Source: Hypanus sabinus
Lineage: Eukaryota
NCBI RefSeq assembly: GCF_030144855.1
Contig: NC_082708.1
Span: 133,300,001 to 133,364,000, forward strand
DNA length: 64,000 bases
Reading direction: 5' to 3'
Shown piece by piece: positions 11,975-26,626 of the stretch. Under the pieces are notes generated by a model. It was not told the DNA's origin. It worked only from the letters and a program-made list of their open reading frames with translations, and searched no databases. The position numbers were made by a program, and so were the translations under genes. Numbering within the stretch: the stretch's first letter is position 1; every line of letters starts with the position of its first letter.

Positions 11975-14900
11975 AATTTATGCAGCTTTCTCATTAAGCA
12001 AGAAGCAAAAGCAGAAGCAGCTATGCACTAGAGCTACATGGAACTGCCAGATTAGAAACTTCCAAATCCTCTGTTCTGTGAAGTATTATTCAATGCATTT
12101 AAATTATTCAAACTTAATTCTTGTGAAATACATTATACAAGGCTTTTGAACAAGCAGATATACATTTGCCATAAGCACATGAAATTTGCCATTTAGAAGT
12201 AAAGACTAACAAAATTAATATACTATAAAGCTTGCCTTCGTACCAGTCTTATAAGCAGCAAATACTTTACTAAATCTGTTAATGGACAGTTCTGTGTTCT
12301 TTGGTCATTTTTTGTGTCTCTATTTCAAATTAATAGGAATTACTCTGGCTTTTAAGTTACTTCCAACACTTCACAATCTGTTCATTGATTTGTAGTTATC
12401 AGCTCTTATCGATTAAAGGTGTTACATTTTTAGCTAATCTGATTAGTGATCACATTAATTGACATTTTTCAGTGTTGCCACTGGGGTGAGTGAAGTCTAA
12501 CGTGCCAGTGTAAATTTTGTATCCTGTCCATTGTAATTGTGAAAAAAAATTAGCACAATAAGTTAGAAATTGAAAGAATTTTTGTTTGGAGGAAGCACTT
12601 TGAATTGCATATCAAGTAACACTTGAAAGAAGTACAGGTATTAATCTTTTACTAGTGATAGTTAAAGATAAGTTTTTTTTTGAATAACCAAGTGCATTAG
12701 CTTGCTTGTGATTTCTCCTCTGCTTTCATGGTATTAAGTATTTGTAGCATTTGCTCTCTTAACATTTTGCATACGGCGTCTTAATCTGACTAGAATGATT
12801 TTTGTTAAGTGCGAAAGTTTTCTTTTCCTGGTGTTCTCTACACTGAGTAATCAATGCTAGAAACACTGAGGAAAGTAATGTTATCCAAATACAGTGTTCA
12901 TGTGCTATGTGGCAATATCACTTCAAATAATATTTAATCTTGCATCAGGTGTTAAGCTATAATATTGGCCATGTGTAAGTAGTTTTTTAAAGATGGGTAG
13001 CACAATCTACGCTCTTGTGTTTTAATACAGTGGCTTTCCCAAAAGGGTCTCTAGTTGAGCTATTGTTTCATCACTGCCATAGCAGACAGAGTAGAAATTA
13101 TGATTTTTGCTAATAAAACTGAAGAACTGATACTGAGAGAATGGAGTTGTCCCAAAATTTTACAGATTTTCAGATTGAGTTTTTTTGATGTGTGTATGCT
13201 CTTTCAGTGTAGTAAATGAAAAATGTGTGCATTTTATAAGAGTGTCTGGGTAAGCATGAGAATTGTTTTGGTTACTGGAGGTGCGATAAAATTTATGATG
13301 TTTTAATTTTTGACCATCTGAATTATGATGTACTTAATTTATGAAGTTAACTTAGCACAGGGGAAGAAAACCTGTTTTCTAGTGGTCCTTTAAACGTGGT
13401 AAATTATGAATACAATGGATTTTTACCAGAAAGACAAACATTGAGAATAATTATGGATCTAATTGATTTAAATATGTAATATATGAATATTTTAATAATT
13501 CTGTGCATGGTGTGCTCTGAAAAATGAAATGCCTGTTCATTTTAAACCCTGTCTTTGTTATTCTTCTGCTTTGATTCAGTTTAATTTGATTGCAAGTGAA
13601 AATGAGGGAAGGGTTACAGCATTTGGGAAAAAGTGTAAATGTACATTTTGATCTTTCTATGGCATTGTAGTACTTTATACATCACTAATGGCCTTTGTGC
13701 ACTTGTCAACTTATTGAATATAAAAACTTGATGCAGAAATTCTGCGTAACTGAGTAAATTTGTATCATAGCAGTAGGTCGTCAATGGCAATAAAAAGCTT
13801 AAAACTACCAACTGACTGGACCATTTTCTATTTTCACCATTAAAGACTCTGTGTAGCCAATGTTCTTGCTTTCAAAGTTACGTGCAGTTGTTATTGGCTT
13901 TTGGGGAGGACATTTGGCACATGTGAAATGGAGCTCTGCAAACATTGGAGAACCAGTTCTTGGTTTAAAAGTAAATAAACGAGCTGAAGAACTCAACCTG
14001 CTGGGCAGCGTCAGTGGAGAGTCTGTGTTGTGTTGGTTGATCTCAGCAGATATGTAAGTAGAGCTCGGCGGTAATATTTATCAATGAATATGATTGGATG
14101 TAAGGTGGGTGCTAAAAGAAAGGGTATACTGCAGGAAATTCTCTCCCTATCAGACAAAAATGAAACTAGAGACTGATTTAGGGTGAAGGGTGAGAGATTA
14201 TTTGAGGGGTACCTTTGTCACCTGGAGAGTGGAGAGTCTGACAGTGTGCTGAAGCAGAGGCACTGGGAACATAGAAGAGGTGTCTGCTGAACATTTAAAT
14301 CCCAACAGGTGAAGTGTTGTAAGATGAGATCAGTACAGATAGGTAACCCTTATCAGCTACCTGATGCCGTTCTTATTTCTGGTACTGTAATATCTTTAAT
14401 CTGTAGTGATTTTGTTTTTTAATGGACACTATGTAGGCATTTAGTTGGTTGTAAATACATCTTACCTCTTGGCTTTTGTGGCCCCTCATATCTGGTCTAG
14501 AAAAACCCTTGTGTTTGCTTTAATTGTAAACAATTTCCTGTCAAGATACATGAAATGACAGTATTCATTACTCTACAAATGATAGTGAAATTAAATCATT
14601 TCACTCTAATTGTGTTGTCCATTGAACTGCTGGTCAGTAGAGCTTCATTTGGCAAAGCTGACCTGATTTGGTTCTACTACAGGAACTAACAGACCTTCAT
14701 CAAGACTGGAAAAGAAAGGGGCAGAAGCCAGAATAAAATGATAATTTCTAGCATCTGTAGAATCTCTTGCGTCTATATTTGCTGAATCTTGGACGTGACG
14801 ACAATCCAGAATATCGTTTTATCCTAGACACCTACAAGGAAAACACTAAATATTTGTCTAAATTTTTATTCATAGAACCTCGACAAATCGCCATAATTAT

Positions 14901-15049
14901 ATATAAAATGTGTGGGTGGTTAGAGATTTTCTACTTGTGAACCTCCCGGTAGTCAGAATTGGGGCAAATCGGTGTAGGTCAACTGTGGTGTTAACAGGAA
15001 AGGAAATGAGCAAAGCCTCAATTAGTAACATTGTGATAAACTGGGAGCA

Positions 15050-15570
15050 AGTTAAAAAGCAGCAGCAACAGGTTTGTTGGTTCCTTCTTGTGGCCGTGCT
15101 CGTGCGTGGGTTGGACAGGGTTAATGAGGTGTTCCTGCTGAGCTCTGGGAGCTGGAGTTACAGGAAGAGCCTGGTACAGGAGACCGTGCCGAGAGAGAGA
15201 GAGAGAGAAAGTGGATCCTGAAAAAAAAATGAGGCAAGCTATGTTCTACAGCTTCTCCAAAAGGAACATGTAAAAACTATATAACTCGTTGAAGTTTAGG
15301 AGGAAGTAAACATTGCTTAAATAGCAGGTAAGTGAAGCACCTGTGCCGGCCGAATTTCCTGGAGGCGGCGGGCGAGTGTGGACGTGAGGCATTTTTGTTC
15401 CAGCTGGGGGAGGGCGCGATTTTCAGTCACCTTAAGGAATATCAGGTGGGGATGCCTTGTTAAAGGCACTGGGTGAATAACATTTTAAAATAAACATGAG
15501 GCTTCTCTTAGGAACCAGGACGATGGCTTGTTTTTGCAGCTTCACAATCGGTCCAAACGTAAGTATTACG
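15050..15570 (+). promoter_or_regulatory. Small CpG-rich region and probable non-coding first exon(s) of the tetraspan gene
   Basis: Local CpG/GC enrichment about 15090-15420 (GGCGGG boxes); donor-like cag|gtaagt at 15328 and aac|gtaagt at 15559; acceptor tcctag at 18669 upstream of the ATG. Confidence 0.45.
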
Positions 15571-16248
15571 AAACCTGCCCGTCTTGAGTTTTTTTAATAT
15601 TTATTGAATGATGTTAGGAAAGGTCTATCATGTTTTTTTATATACGACAGCAGACGATCGGGTTTACTGGAGAGTTGTAGCTGTTACGACTTCCTTCCAT
15701 TTCCCAACATCCATTGGGAACCAGATGTAAATACTGTAATTAACATCACACACAAGTTACGAGGAAGAATAGTTTGTCCTTTCAAACCTACTCCATATAT
15801 CTGACAAAAACCCCAAATCCAGATTCAGTAGCATTGTCAAGTATCTACTGTCTCTGCTTTAAATTAATCACTTTGTTCCCATTGTCCGTTGAGGAAGACA
15901 GTTCCAAAGGTTTGCAGCCCTCTGATAATTTTTTTCCTCTATCCGTCTTAAATTGAAAACCTTTGTAAGATTCTCCCACATCTTGTCAAAACCTCTCAGG
16001 ATGATATATCTTTCAATCACACCCTCTTTCACTCTTCTGGAGATCGGTAGATACAAGGATGGTCTATCAAAACTACCCTCACAGGAAAACATGCACATTA
16101 GAGCTGTAAACCTTCACCAAACTGCTTCCAATGCATTACTGTTCTTCCCTAACTAAGGAGACCAATACTAAAGAGAGTACTCCACTGTACAACCCTGTCC
16201 CTTCATAGTTTAGCTATAACCTCTCTGACACTCAGTTCCTGAGCAATA

Positions 16249-16542
16249 CAGGTCATCCCTGGGGAATGAACAGATTCTGTTTTTACAGATGATGGGATGA
16301 ATTTGTCCATATTCTGGAAAATACACAAAAAACTATTCCATTCGGTAGACAGTGTTGTGATGAATACACAAGAAAGAACTATTTCAAAAAGTGGAGAGAG
16401 AGCGAGAGAGAGAGGAAACTAGTTTCCACTGGCTGTAGTAGTGAAATCAATATGCTTGTCAGACTTTTGAATTTAATAATGTGGGTGCTGGGTCTTGTAT
16501 AGAGTGTCCATAAGTTGGGTGTTCATAACTTGGGATGGCCTG
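16249..16542. mobile_element. Tigger/pogo-like MITE
   Basis: TIR CAGGTCATCCC / GGGATGGCCTG (10/11) flanked by TA on both sides. Confidence 0.65.
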
Positions 16543-18761
16543 TAAACGATAATAGTCAAACTAGTTTTGTTTTTGCTTCATGGAGATATACTGTTTTCTG
16601 TTTGCTTGCTGAATCCACATACGTTTGCAAATCACAATAGAAAGTACAGATTCTTCTGCATCTGAGAGGGCTGAATCTCCATCATTCAGATAATTCACTT
16701 GTACATTATTTAAATTTTCTTGCTAAAATGGAATACTTATATTTTCTCTCATTACACACTGTTTGCTGGATCTTAGCTCGATCACTACCTGTACCAATAT
16801 CCTTTGTGGTCTCTTTGCGTCCTCCTAACTTACTTTCCTGCCTATCTTTGCATCCTCAGCAAATTTATCAATAACACTTTCAGTGCCTTCATCAAATGCA
16901 TTCATAGACATTGTTAATAAGTTAAGCACCATCCCCTGTGACATGCATCTTTCCATTCAGGAAAAGGCCCATTTATGTCTTTGTTTCTGGTTTTCTAAGA
17001 TATTACAGTTTGGACTTTGGGGAATAAAAACACACACACGATACAATATTTAGATTCTTTTCTGTTTTGTAACTATATTAGGGGATATTTAGCCTATCTT
17101 GTAACTGATAGAGCAGGAGATTGTTCATCATTCAGTTTTTGGTGGGTTATGTTTGCGAAGTGTTTGGGATGTGTCAGCATCACAATAAATGTACTGTATA
17201 ATGCAATTGCTTTTTAAATCTTGGTTCTGTAACATGATCTGTAGAGAATGTTTCAGGTTATAAATGTTTGGTACTGCCATTACCAGAGAAAGGCAGGCAT
17301 TGCTATTGCATAGTGCATTTGGTTGCAAATCATAATATAGCAAAGAACTACACAGTCATCTTCACATGAAAAGATTTATCAATACAGCTTGCCAGAGAAG
17401 ACAATGTTTAATGTCCCATCTAATTTCTAACAATGCTGCAGGTGCTCAGTTCTAAAATGAAGCTTCAGTCCACAAGCTGGGGAACTTTTGAAAACAAGCA
17501 AGCAAGCCAAGGAGGAAAGGTTGCAAAATGGTTGGCTGTTTCTTTCAGCAGTCCTTAATTATCTCTGATGATCAGCTATGGCTTTGGCAGGACAGTGAGA
17601 GGAGAAAACACTTGCTATAACCTTGAAAGTTCAAATAAAAATCTTAATGATATTGGCTTTCATATTGGATTTTGGACAAAAGTTAAATTTTATGCTGTGT
17701 GAAGACATATTCTCCAAATTGTTCTTTTTCAAGTGATTGTCCAATTGCTTGGTAATTCATGAGTCAAGAGCAATTTGCACCACCAGTTTGCTCGCACCTG
17801 CAAGACGTAAATGCTCTCTATTCCTTGACTGCAAATCCCATTGGAAATTAAACCTGTCTAACAAAAATCTGCAGTAAAGCTTTTGAAATGCACTGTTCCT
17901 AGCTAATTTATGTCCTCGGGTATGAAAATAGCAAAATGCTTAATCTCCACTTTTAAATACATGAGTTTAATTTAAGACAGAATACTACAGGAATTTTTAC
18001 TATCTGTCTATGGCCACCAGCTTTAAGTTAGGTACTGACATTGTTTCAGAGATTGGAGGTGAGAGATCGTAGCCAAGCGAAGCCTAAGAGCAACACACAC
18101 AAAATGCTGGAGGACCCCAGACAGTCTTGTGTTCAGGAAAGCTTTGATTTTGAGCTGTTAAAATCATATAGAATTTGGAGTAAATAAAAAGAATGTTTTG
18201 TGTCAGAATGGTTGATAATCAAAGGGTATAAATTTAAACTGATTACCAAAGAAACCCAAGGTGAAGAAAGGAAATAGTTTGTTTGCATAATGAGTGGTTG
18301 GGTGTGGAATTCATATCAAGTGTCAAAAGCAGAATCAGTGATGGCCTTCAAAAGAGAATTGCAAACACATTTGGAGATGCAGTTGCAAAGACCTGGGAAA
18401 TAGCCAAGAGATTTTTGGTAAATTAGATTGTTGTTTAAGAGTCAACATAGACTGGATGGAATGAAGAGTTATTCTTCTTTGCTTTGAAGTCCACATCTGA
18501 TATTTAGTTTTGTAGGAATGTGATTGAGGATACTTTACTGCAGGTCACTTCAGACTTGCATCTCCATGTTAAATTGTGGTGGATTATAACTATATTCCTT
18601 GTGACAGAAGAATTTAACATACAAGCAGATGTGAATGATGCATAACCCTTTTTTTCCTTTTCCTCCTAGTGAGTTGAAGAGAACTTTGCTTTCAACCTCC
18701 AGATGTTATTGACTTAATAAGGTTTTTTATGAAGGTTCTCCCACCTTTATAAGCTCCAGCA

Positions 18762-18926
18762 ATGTCACGTTATAGATACTTCATATTTAACCAGCGTGGT
18801 ATGATTCCACTGGGAATTCTGCAGATAGCTTGTTCTACTGTCTGTGTGGTGTGTGGCTTCATAGATGGATCAGTGAGGAAGGATTCGGTACTTCGCCGGA
18901 CTAGAATACCCATCTGGACGGGCATG
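18762..18926 (+). CDS. Uncharacterised four-TM CD20/MS4A-like protein, coding exon 1
   Basis: gcaATGtca; MSRYRYFIFNQRGMIPLGILQIACSTVCVVCGFIDGSVRKDSVLRRTRIPIWTGM|gtaaac, phase 0; LGxLQI and PxWxG motifs. Confidence 0.85.
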
Positions 18927-19008
18927 GTAAACCTAAATGATTTAAATCTCTTTAATGTGCTTTTATATTTATTCATTAAACTAATGGTATATTTGCTTGC
19001 TGTTTCAG

Positions 19009-19068
19009 GTTATGGCATTTCCAGGAGTTTTGGCATTATTTTCTGCTCAGAAAAAAAGTCCCATTCTT
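19009..19068 (+). CDS. Uncharacterised four-TM protein, coding exon 2
   Basis: tttcag|GTT...CTT|gtaagt; VMAFPGVLALFSAQKKSPIL, phase 0/0. Confidence 0.85.
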
Positions 19069-19734
19069 GTAAGTCACTTGCATCTAATACTACCTTTGTA
19101 TCAGGAAAAATAATCTAACTGGTTTATTAAATGAAATGTGTCTAACAAGTAGCACTTATTTTGGCTAAGGGGGTCGGGTGACTTGATCATTTGATCTTTG
19201 TGCATAGCCAGTTAAGAGTTTTGTCTTTCTCCTGGTCTAAAATTTCTAAACCCCATGAACTGAGCATATTTAGGAGGGATCAGCTGATACTTTTCCCAAA
19301 TATGGTAACAGATTTGTCAAGTACTTGGTTGGTCTTGAGGTAGGTTCAAAGTAGACTATAATACTGTTTTGTAAAGTTCATTTTTGGAATCTTAAACAAA
19401 AGCTCAGGCAATGCCAGTTTCATGCAGTCATTTTGTGGTTGCCTTCAGAGAATTAAGATAATATCTTGCTGTGGATTAAGTCATATTACGCATCTTTACT
19501 GAAACACCAGGGTCAGTCTTGAATATATAATGCTCTCCAGAATAGTTTCCTATGTTCTGAAGTATGGGAAGCCCACTTAATAGCATTAAGAAATATTATG
19601 TGTGAGTATTGACCAGAAGAGCCTGTCTTGTCGCTTTGTGCATTGCACATGTATATGTACATCAGTGACATTGTCAAGATCTTCCAAGACTGGTAAAAGA
19701 AATGTGGAAAAATTCAAGACTGAAGAAGCTTGCT

Positions 19735-20635
19735 TACCATCTATATCAACAACCTGGATGATATTGTAGTAAACTGGATTAGCTCCCTTGCAGATGACAC
19801 CAAGTTTTTGGGTGTAGTGGACAGCAAGGAAGACTATTAAAGCTTGTAGTGGAATCTGGACCAGCTGGAAAAATGGGCTGAAAATGGCAGATTGACTTTA
19901 ATGCAGAAAAGTGTCATATGTTCCACTTCGGGAGGGCAAACCAGAATAGGACTTACCCAGTGATTAGTAGCACACTGCGGAGTGCAGTATAACAGAAGGA
20001 TCAGGGAATACAGATCCATAATCTTTGAAAGTGGCCTCACAGGTAGATAGATTGTAAGAAGAGCTTTTGGCACATTGGCCATCATAAATCAAAGTACTGC
20101 AACAGGGAGTTGGGATGTTATGTTGAAATTATATAAGACATTGGTGAGACCTAATTTGGAGTATTGTCTGCAATTTTGATCATCTACCTATTTCATTAAG
20201 AGTGCAGAGCATATTTACAAGGATGTTGCCAGAACCTGAGCTGAGTTGTAGGGAAATTTTGAATAGTTTAGGACTTTATTCCCTAATGTATAGGAAAATG
20301 AGGATAGATATGATGGAGGGGTATAGGTAGGGTAAATACAAACAGCCTTTTTCCACTGAGGTTGGATGAGACTAAAACTAGAGGCCACGGGTTAATGATG
20401 AAATGTAAAATGTTTGAGGGGGACAGGAGGGGGATCTTTTTCAGTCAGAAGGTTGTGAGAGTATGGAACAAACTGAGCAGAAATGCTGAATGTGGGTTCA
20501 ATTACAGTATTTAAGAAAAAATTGAATAGGTACTTGGATAGGAGTGGTATGGAGAATTGTGGTCGATGGAATTAGGCAGAATAAAAGTTTGGTATTGACT
20601 AGATGGACTGAAGGACGTGTTTCTGTGATTTCTAA
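19735..20635 (+). mobile_element. CR1 LINE 3' fragment
   Basis: Degraded RT C-terminus (ADDTK, LVRPNLEYCLQF) and CR1-type 3' tail. Confidence 0.8.
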
Positions 20636-21011
20636 TATGGGTGTGACAGTTTTCAATTGCTTTCCCATGCACTTTCAAGTGTCATTACATGTGTGTTAAA
20701 TAAACTTCAATACTTAGTATGAGCCTGAAGTAATTCTAAATTTTTATTTCAGCAAAAAGTAAAATGCCAGACAAACATTTGTGTAATTTGTAAACAGCAT
20801 ACGCAAGATGATACTCGAGGCAATGAAACAAATCTCTTTACGAATGCTATTGAATCACAAACAATGTGGTAAATTCAGAATGGAAGTGACATTCTCGTAT
20901 GCTGTGAATCAATCCCTGTCTAACTATATTTCCGTGACCGCCTACTAAAGCAAAACTAACAGGAAAAGCCAAGTGAATAAGTTTCACAAAGATTGGTTTT
21001 AATATCAGTAC

Positions 21012-21296
21012 AGTAGGTCGCAGTTAGCATGACACTATTGCAGCTTAACGTTCACCGTTCAATCCCAGCGTTTTCTGTAAGGAGTCTCCCCATAGGAAGT
21101 AAGTGTTTTCTCCGGGTGCTCCAGTTTCCTCCCACAGTCCAAAGATGTACCGGTTAGTAGGTTACTTGGTCATAGTAAATTGTCCCGTGATTAGGCTAGA
21201 GTAAATCGGGGCTGGCAGGGGTTGTGGGGTGGCACAGCTCAAAGGACTAGAAGGGCCTATTCTGCGCTGTATCTCTAAATAATAAATAAAAAAAAT
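21012..21296 (+). mobile_element. V-SINE / HE1-like tRNA-derived SINE
   Basis: GTTCAATCCC B-box; V-domain-like TCCGGGTGCTCCAGTTTCCTCCCACAGTCCAAAGA; tail ending (AAT)n/A-rich. Confidence 0.7.
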
Positions 21297-21402
21297 CAAA
21301 TGCCAGCTCTGTATTAAAACCGTCAATAATGTAATGCTATTTAGTGGTGTTTGAATTTGTTACACTATTTCATTATCACATTATTATACATTCTACGTTT
21401 AG

Positions 21403-21540
21403 GTGCATGCTATGGTTGGATCAGCTATACTATCTTGGTTAACCACAACTGTTTTAATAATATATGCGGCATTGACATTGAGTTATGGTGAAGATGATGA
21501 TGAAGTGTTCCAACATAAACCCAGCGATGTCATACACATG
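21403..21540 (+). CDS. Uncharacterised four-TM protein, coding exon 3
   Basis: tttag|GTG...ATG|gtaagc; VHAMVGSAILSWLTTTVLIIYAALTLSYGEDDDEVFQHKPSDVIHM, phase 0/0. Confidence 0.85.
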
Positions 21541-22059
21541 GTAAGCTTTTTTGAATTTCTTTTTATTGCGGTGTTTTTTCTCTGCTGATCACAAGCTTCA
21601 AAACTCTGTGATGTTCAAACGTATTAAATGATTGTGTGCCATTATTTTCCTATGCAAAACACTGTTAGGTAGGGAATTTCTACATTGCACAACAATGCAA
21701 AACTTATAATCAGTCTAGCTGTGGAGTTGCATAAAAGAATGATATGCAAAAACTGGAGGAGAAGACTTCCTGAAGTTTCGGGGGTGGAAAAAAAAAGGAC
21801 AAGAAATTTTAGTTTACCCATTTTATATTTTTCATTATTTTCTTACGACTTATAAAGTTGACAACCCCCTTTTTTGTTTAAACCCCAAGGAAGTCCATTT
21901 AGAAACATGCCAAATGTGCAATCTTCATGCAGACTGCACATTTTAATGCTTGTAGTCTTTTGTTTTCTGTTTAAATGAAACACTGTTGATGATTTTGGCC
22001 ACTTTCTTAGATTTTTTTTTGGATGAGATTGAAGAGAACTAATTGCCTGTCTTCGAAGG

Positions 22060-24150
22060 CAACGCGAGTGAATCTGCAGATGCTGGAAATAAATAAAAAC
22101 ACAAAATGCTGGCAGAACTCAGCAGGCCAGACAGCATCTATGGGAGAAGGTAGTGACGGCATTTTGGGCCGAAACCCTTCATCAGGAGTGAAGTAACATA
22201 GGATGATCGAAGAAGTGGGGGGAGGGATGAAGTAGAGAGCTGCGAAGTGATAGGCTGAAGGGAAATGGGCTGGGGGAAGGTGGAGAATTAAGGGAAATAA
22301 AAGAGAAAGAAAGGTAGGGCTGGGGGGAGATTATGGGGGGGGAAGGAGAGAGAAAAAGAATTGCTGGAGGACAGAGCGCCGGTGTTCGGCGAAACAGTCT
22401 CCCAGTCTGTGGCGGGTCTTGCCAATGTATAAATGGCCACATCGGGAGCATCGGATACAGTATATCACCCCAGTTGACTCGCAGGTGAAGTGGTGCCTCA
22501 CCTGAAAGGACTGTCTGGGGCCTAGGATGGTGGTGAGGGAAGAAGTGCGGGGGCAGGTGTAGCACTTCTTCCGTCTGCAGGGATGAGAGCCCGGAGGGAG
22601 GTTGGTGGGGAGGGATGGGGGGGATGAATGGACAAGGGAGTCATGTAGGGAACGATCCCTGCGGAAAGCTGAGAGGGGGGAGGAGGGAAAGATGTGTTTG
22701 GTGGTGGGATCCCGTAGGAGGTGGCGGAAGTTACGGAGGATTATACGTTGGATCTGTAGGCTGGTAGGGTGATAGGTGAGGACCAGGGGGACTCTATCCC
22801 TGGTGGGCTGGTGGGGGGATGGGGTAAGGGCAGAGGTGCGTGAAATACGGGAGACACGATGGAGGGCAGAGTTGATAGTGGACAAAGGGAAGCCCCTTTC
22901 TTTAAAAAAGGAAGACATCTCCTTTGTCCTAGAATGAAAGGCCTCATCCTGAGAGCAGATGCGGTGGAGGTGGAGGAATTGAGAGGAAGGGGTAGCATTT
23001 TTGCAGGAGACAGGGTGGGAGGAGGAATAGTCTAGGTAGCTGTGAGAGTCTGTAGGTTTGTAGTAGACGTCGGTGGATAGGCAGTCTCCAGAGATAGAAA
23101 CAGAGAGATCTAGAAAGGGGAGGGAGGTGTCAGAAATAGACCAGGTGAATTTGAGGGCAGGGTGAAAGTTGGAGGCGAAGTTAATGAAGTCGACGAGCTC
23201 AGCATGTGTGCAGGAAGCAGCACCGATGCAGTCGTTGATATAATGCAAGAAAAGAGGAGGACAGATACCGGTGTAGGCTTGGAACATAGATTGCTCCACG
23301 TGGCCGACAAAACGGCAGGCATAGCTAGGACCCATGTAGGTGCCCATGGCTACACCTTTAGTTTGGAGGAAGTGGGAGGAGCCAAAGAAGAAATTGTTAA
23401 GGGTGAGGACTAATTCCGCGAGGCAGAGAAGAGTGGTGGTAGAGGGTGACTGGCTGGGTCTGGAATCCAGGAAGAAACGGAGAGCTTGGAGACCCTGGTG
23501 GGAGATAGAGGTGTATAGGGACTGGACGTCCATGGTGAAAATGAGGCGGTGGGGGCCAGGGAACTTGAAATCTTTGAAGAGATGTAAAGCATGGGAAGTA
23601 TCACGGACATAGGTGGGAAGGGATTGAACAAGGGGAGATAAAACAGAGTCGAGATAGGCAGAAATGAGTTCAGTGAGGCAGGAGCAAGCAGAGACAATGG
23701 GTCTGCCTGAACAGACAGGTTTGTGAATCTTGGGTAGGAGGTAGAAACGGAAGTGCGGGGTGTGTGAACTATACGTTTGGTGGCCGTGGATGGGAGATCT
23801 CCTGAGCTGATGAAATCGGAAATGGTTTGGGAGACAATGGACTGGTGCTCCCTAGTGGGGTAATGTTCCAGGGGTAGATAAGGGGAGGTGTCAGTGAGTT
23901 GTCGTCTTGCCTCCGCTATGTACAGGTCAGTGCGCCAGACGACAACAGCACCCCCCCCCCCCCCCCCTTATCAGTGGGTTTGATGATAAGGTTGGGATTG
24001 TTGCAGAGAGAATGGAGAGCAGAGCGTTCAGAGGGGTTAGAATTCGAGCAAGGGGTGATGAAGTCGAGATGGTTAATGTCCCGATGGCAATTAGAGATAA
24101 ACGGATCCAGGGCGGGTAGTTCTGGGCGGGGAGTCCATGAGGAGGAGGAG
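22060..24150 (-). mobile_element. Penelope-like retroelement (RT plus GIY-YIG endonuclease), 5'-truncated and inactive
   Basis: ORF 22331-23533: MDVQSLYTSI, QTKGVAMGTYMGPSYA, YIND (YIDD mutated), GVIYCIRCSRCGHLYIGKT (GIY-YIG); pyrimidine-rich 3'UTR and terminal hammerhead-like motif 22150-22190. Confidence 0.92.
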
Positions 24151-25029
24151 GGTTGGAGACAGGTCTTAGTGTTTTATTTGAAAGAAACATACGGCTGTTG
24201 TTCAATTGGTTCACTTGCAGAGGGAGTGATATAGAAATAGAAGAATGAAATTTACAGGAAAATGGAGATTTTGTTGAATGATGGATAATTATTTAAAATA
24301 AGATTGCTAAGGAAGAAGCAATACTATTTTTTTGGAAAAAAAAGTTAGTGTATTAAAGGACCTAATCTAAATTACTTCACTTTTGGGGCATAGTGTAGGG
24401 ACCTGCCACACATGAAATCATCAATCTCATTTATCAGTTTGCCAGTCTGCATACTAATCTGGGGAATGTAGGGTAAAAAGGAAGGGAAATGTAAATTTAT
24501 GTATTTAGTTCACTTTTTTAATTAATAAGAATTCTGAAATGATTACTCCCCCTCAGGTTTTCATGAGCAAACACATGAGCAATGTGTCCTTCCCAGATGG
24601 TTAACCAAGGTAAAATTAATGACTTTGCTATAAATTAGGTGGAAGTCTTGAGGCTTTAAAAGCTTAATAAATCTCAATGGATGGAAGGTATTCCAGAATC
24701 CTGAAAGAAACCAGACAGAAAATTTGCAATGCACAACTTCTTAAGGAGGGAGCTAGTCAAATTGGTAACTCTAAGAAGTACCACCAAATTAGAAGCAGAT
24801 TAATGTGCCGCTGGATATTATGCATCAAAGTGTGCACTTACAATATCTCTTGGGACTTGCTTCAGTTTTGTCCAAGCAATTAAGTTAATTGTTGGGGGTA
24901 ACTTTGAGGATTTTCTGTACATTAATAGCATAGTAAATTGCATTCACCATGATATCAGTGGTGATCTTCCTATGTAATAAACTACCTGGGCTTTAGGGGT
25001 GATAAAATAACTCTAATGAATCCGGAGAA

Positions 25030-25705
25030 ATTCCACGACATGGTGGAATCATGGTGCCCGTGATTGAGCTGACTGAGTCTATAACCCTCTACTACTCCTT
25101 GAAATACCAGGCACTTGAGTCTCCATACTAGGATATGATGTCAAAGTGCTGTCCACCATACATCTATAAAAAAGAGTTTTTGATGATATAACAAATCTCC
25201 TCAGACTCCTAAAACAAAAGCAGAGCACTGGTTTGCCGCCTTTGTGCATGCATCAAGATCCTAGGAACTTGAAGCTGCTCACCTTTTCCATTGCTAATCC
25301 CTCATTGAGGACTGGTACAGTACATGTGCTCTTGACTTCCCTTCCTGAAGTCTGCAATCAATTCCTTGGTCCTGCTGATGTGGAGTGTGTGGTTGTTGCA
25401 ACACCACACAACTAACCAATCCGTCTCACTTCTTTATGCTGCCTTGTTGTTATCCGAGATTATACCAACAGTGATGTCATCTGAGAATTATAAATAGTAT
25501 TTAAGCTGTGCTTAGCCACACGGTCATGAGAGTAGAGCAGTGGGTTGAGTGCGCATCCTTGAGGTGTGCCAGTGTTGATTGTCAGCAAGCTGGATATGAT
25601 ACCTCTGATGTGTATTGACTGTGGTTTTCTGATGAGGATCCAGTTACAGAGGGAGGTATGGAGGCCCTTGTTTTAGAGCCTGGTGATTAACACCGAGGGG
25701 ATGGT
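25030..25705 (-). mobile_element. Rex1/Babar-type LINE fragment
   Basis: Degraded RT-like sequence similar to 48350-49000. Confidence 0.55.
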
Positions 25706-26154
25706 AATTTCTTTCCTCATATCCTATGTTTTCAGTAAAATCCAAAAAATCTCTTTGTCTCAGTCTTGTGCCTACTCAACAACTGAGAGTTACTGGGCCT
25801 CTGTGTAGAGAATTCCTAAGTTTTGCACCTTGCTGGTGAAGAAATTCAACCTTACTTCTGTCCAAAACATTAACTGCTTCTCCTGAGGCTATAACTCAGG
25901 ATTAGGAGTTAGATTCTGAATGTTCAATCCAGGGGAAATGACATCTCAGAATCGAGCCTCTCAAATCTCTGGTATATATTGTTCCTCTGAGATTATCTCT
26001 CAGATTTCTCAATCCCAGAGACCATAGACCCAGCCTACTCAGTCTTTAATCATCAGACAGCGTCCACCTCAGTTTTCAATGCAGTGCAATAAAACTGACA
26101 ATGCAGCAGACGTGGGACACTGGTGCAAGCTGAGAGATTTGCTGGACTAAAGAT

Positions 26155-26626
26155 AGAAACATAGAAAACCTACAGCACAATACAGGCCCTTTGGCCCACA
26201 AAGCTGTGCCAAACATGTCCTTACCTTGGAAATTACCTAGGGTTACCCATAACCCTCTATTTTTCTGAGCTCCATGTACCTGTCCAGGAGCTTCTTAAAA
26301 GACCCTATCGTATCCACCTCCACCACTGTCGCTGTCAGTCCATTCCACACACTGTGTAAAAAGAAAACTTACTCTTGACATCTCCTCTGTACCAACTTCC
26401 AAACACCTTAAAACTGTGCCCTCTCATACTAGCCATTCCAGCCCTGGGAAAAGCCTCTGACTATCCACACAATCAATGCCTCTCATCATCTTTTCACCCC
26501 TATCAGGTCACCTCTCATCCTCTGTAGCTCCAGGGAAAAAAGGCCAAGTTCACTCAACCTATTCTCATAAGGCATGCTCCCCAATCTGGGCAACATCCTT
26601 GTAAATCTCTTCTGCACCCTTTCTAT
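26155..26626 (-). mobile_element. CR1 LINE 3' part (host element interrupted by the ERV)
   Basis: CR1 3' tail; sequence continues seamlessly at 32560 after the CTAT duplication. Confidence 0.85.

Noticed and set aside
22331-23533. Active reverse transcriptase
   Set aside because: YIDD reads YIND, the 5' part is frameshifted and truncated, and the endonuclease C-terminus is missing
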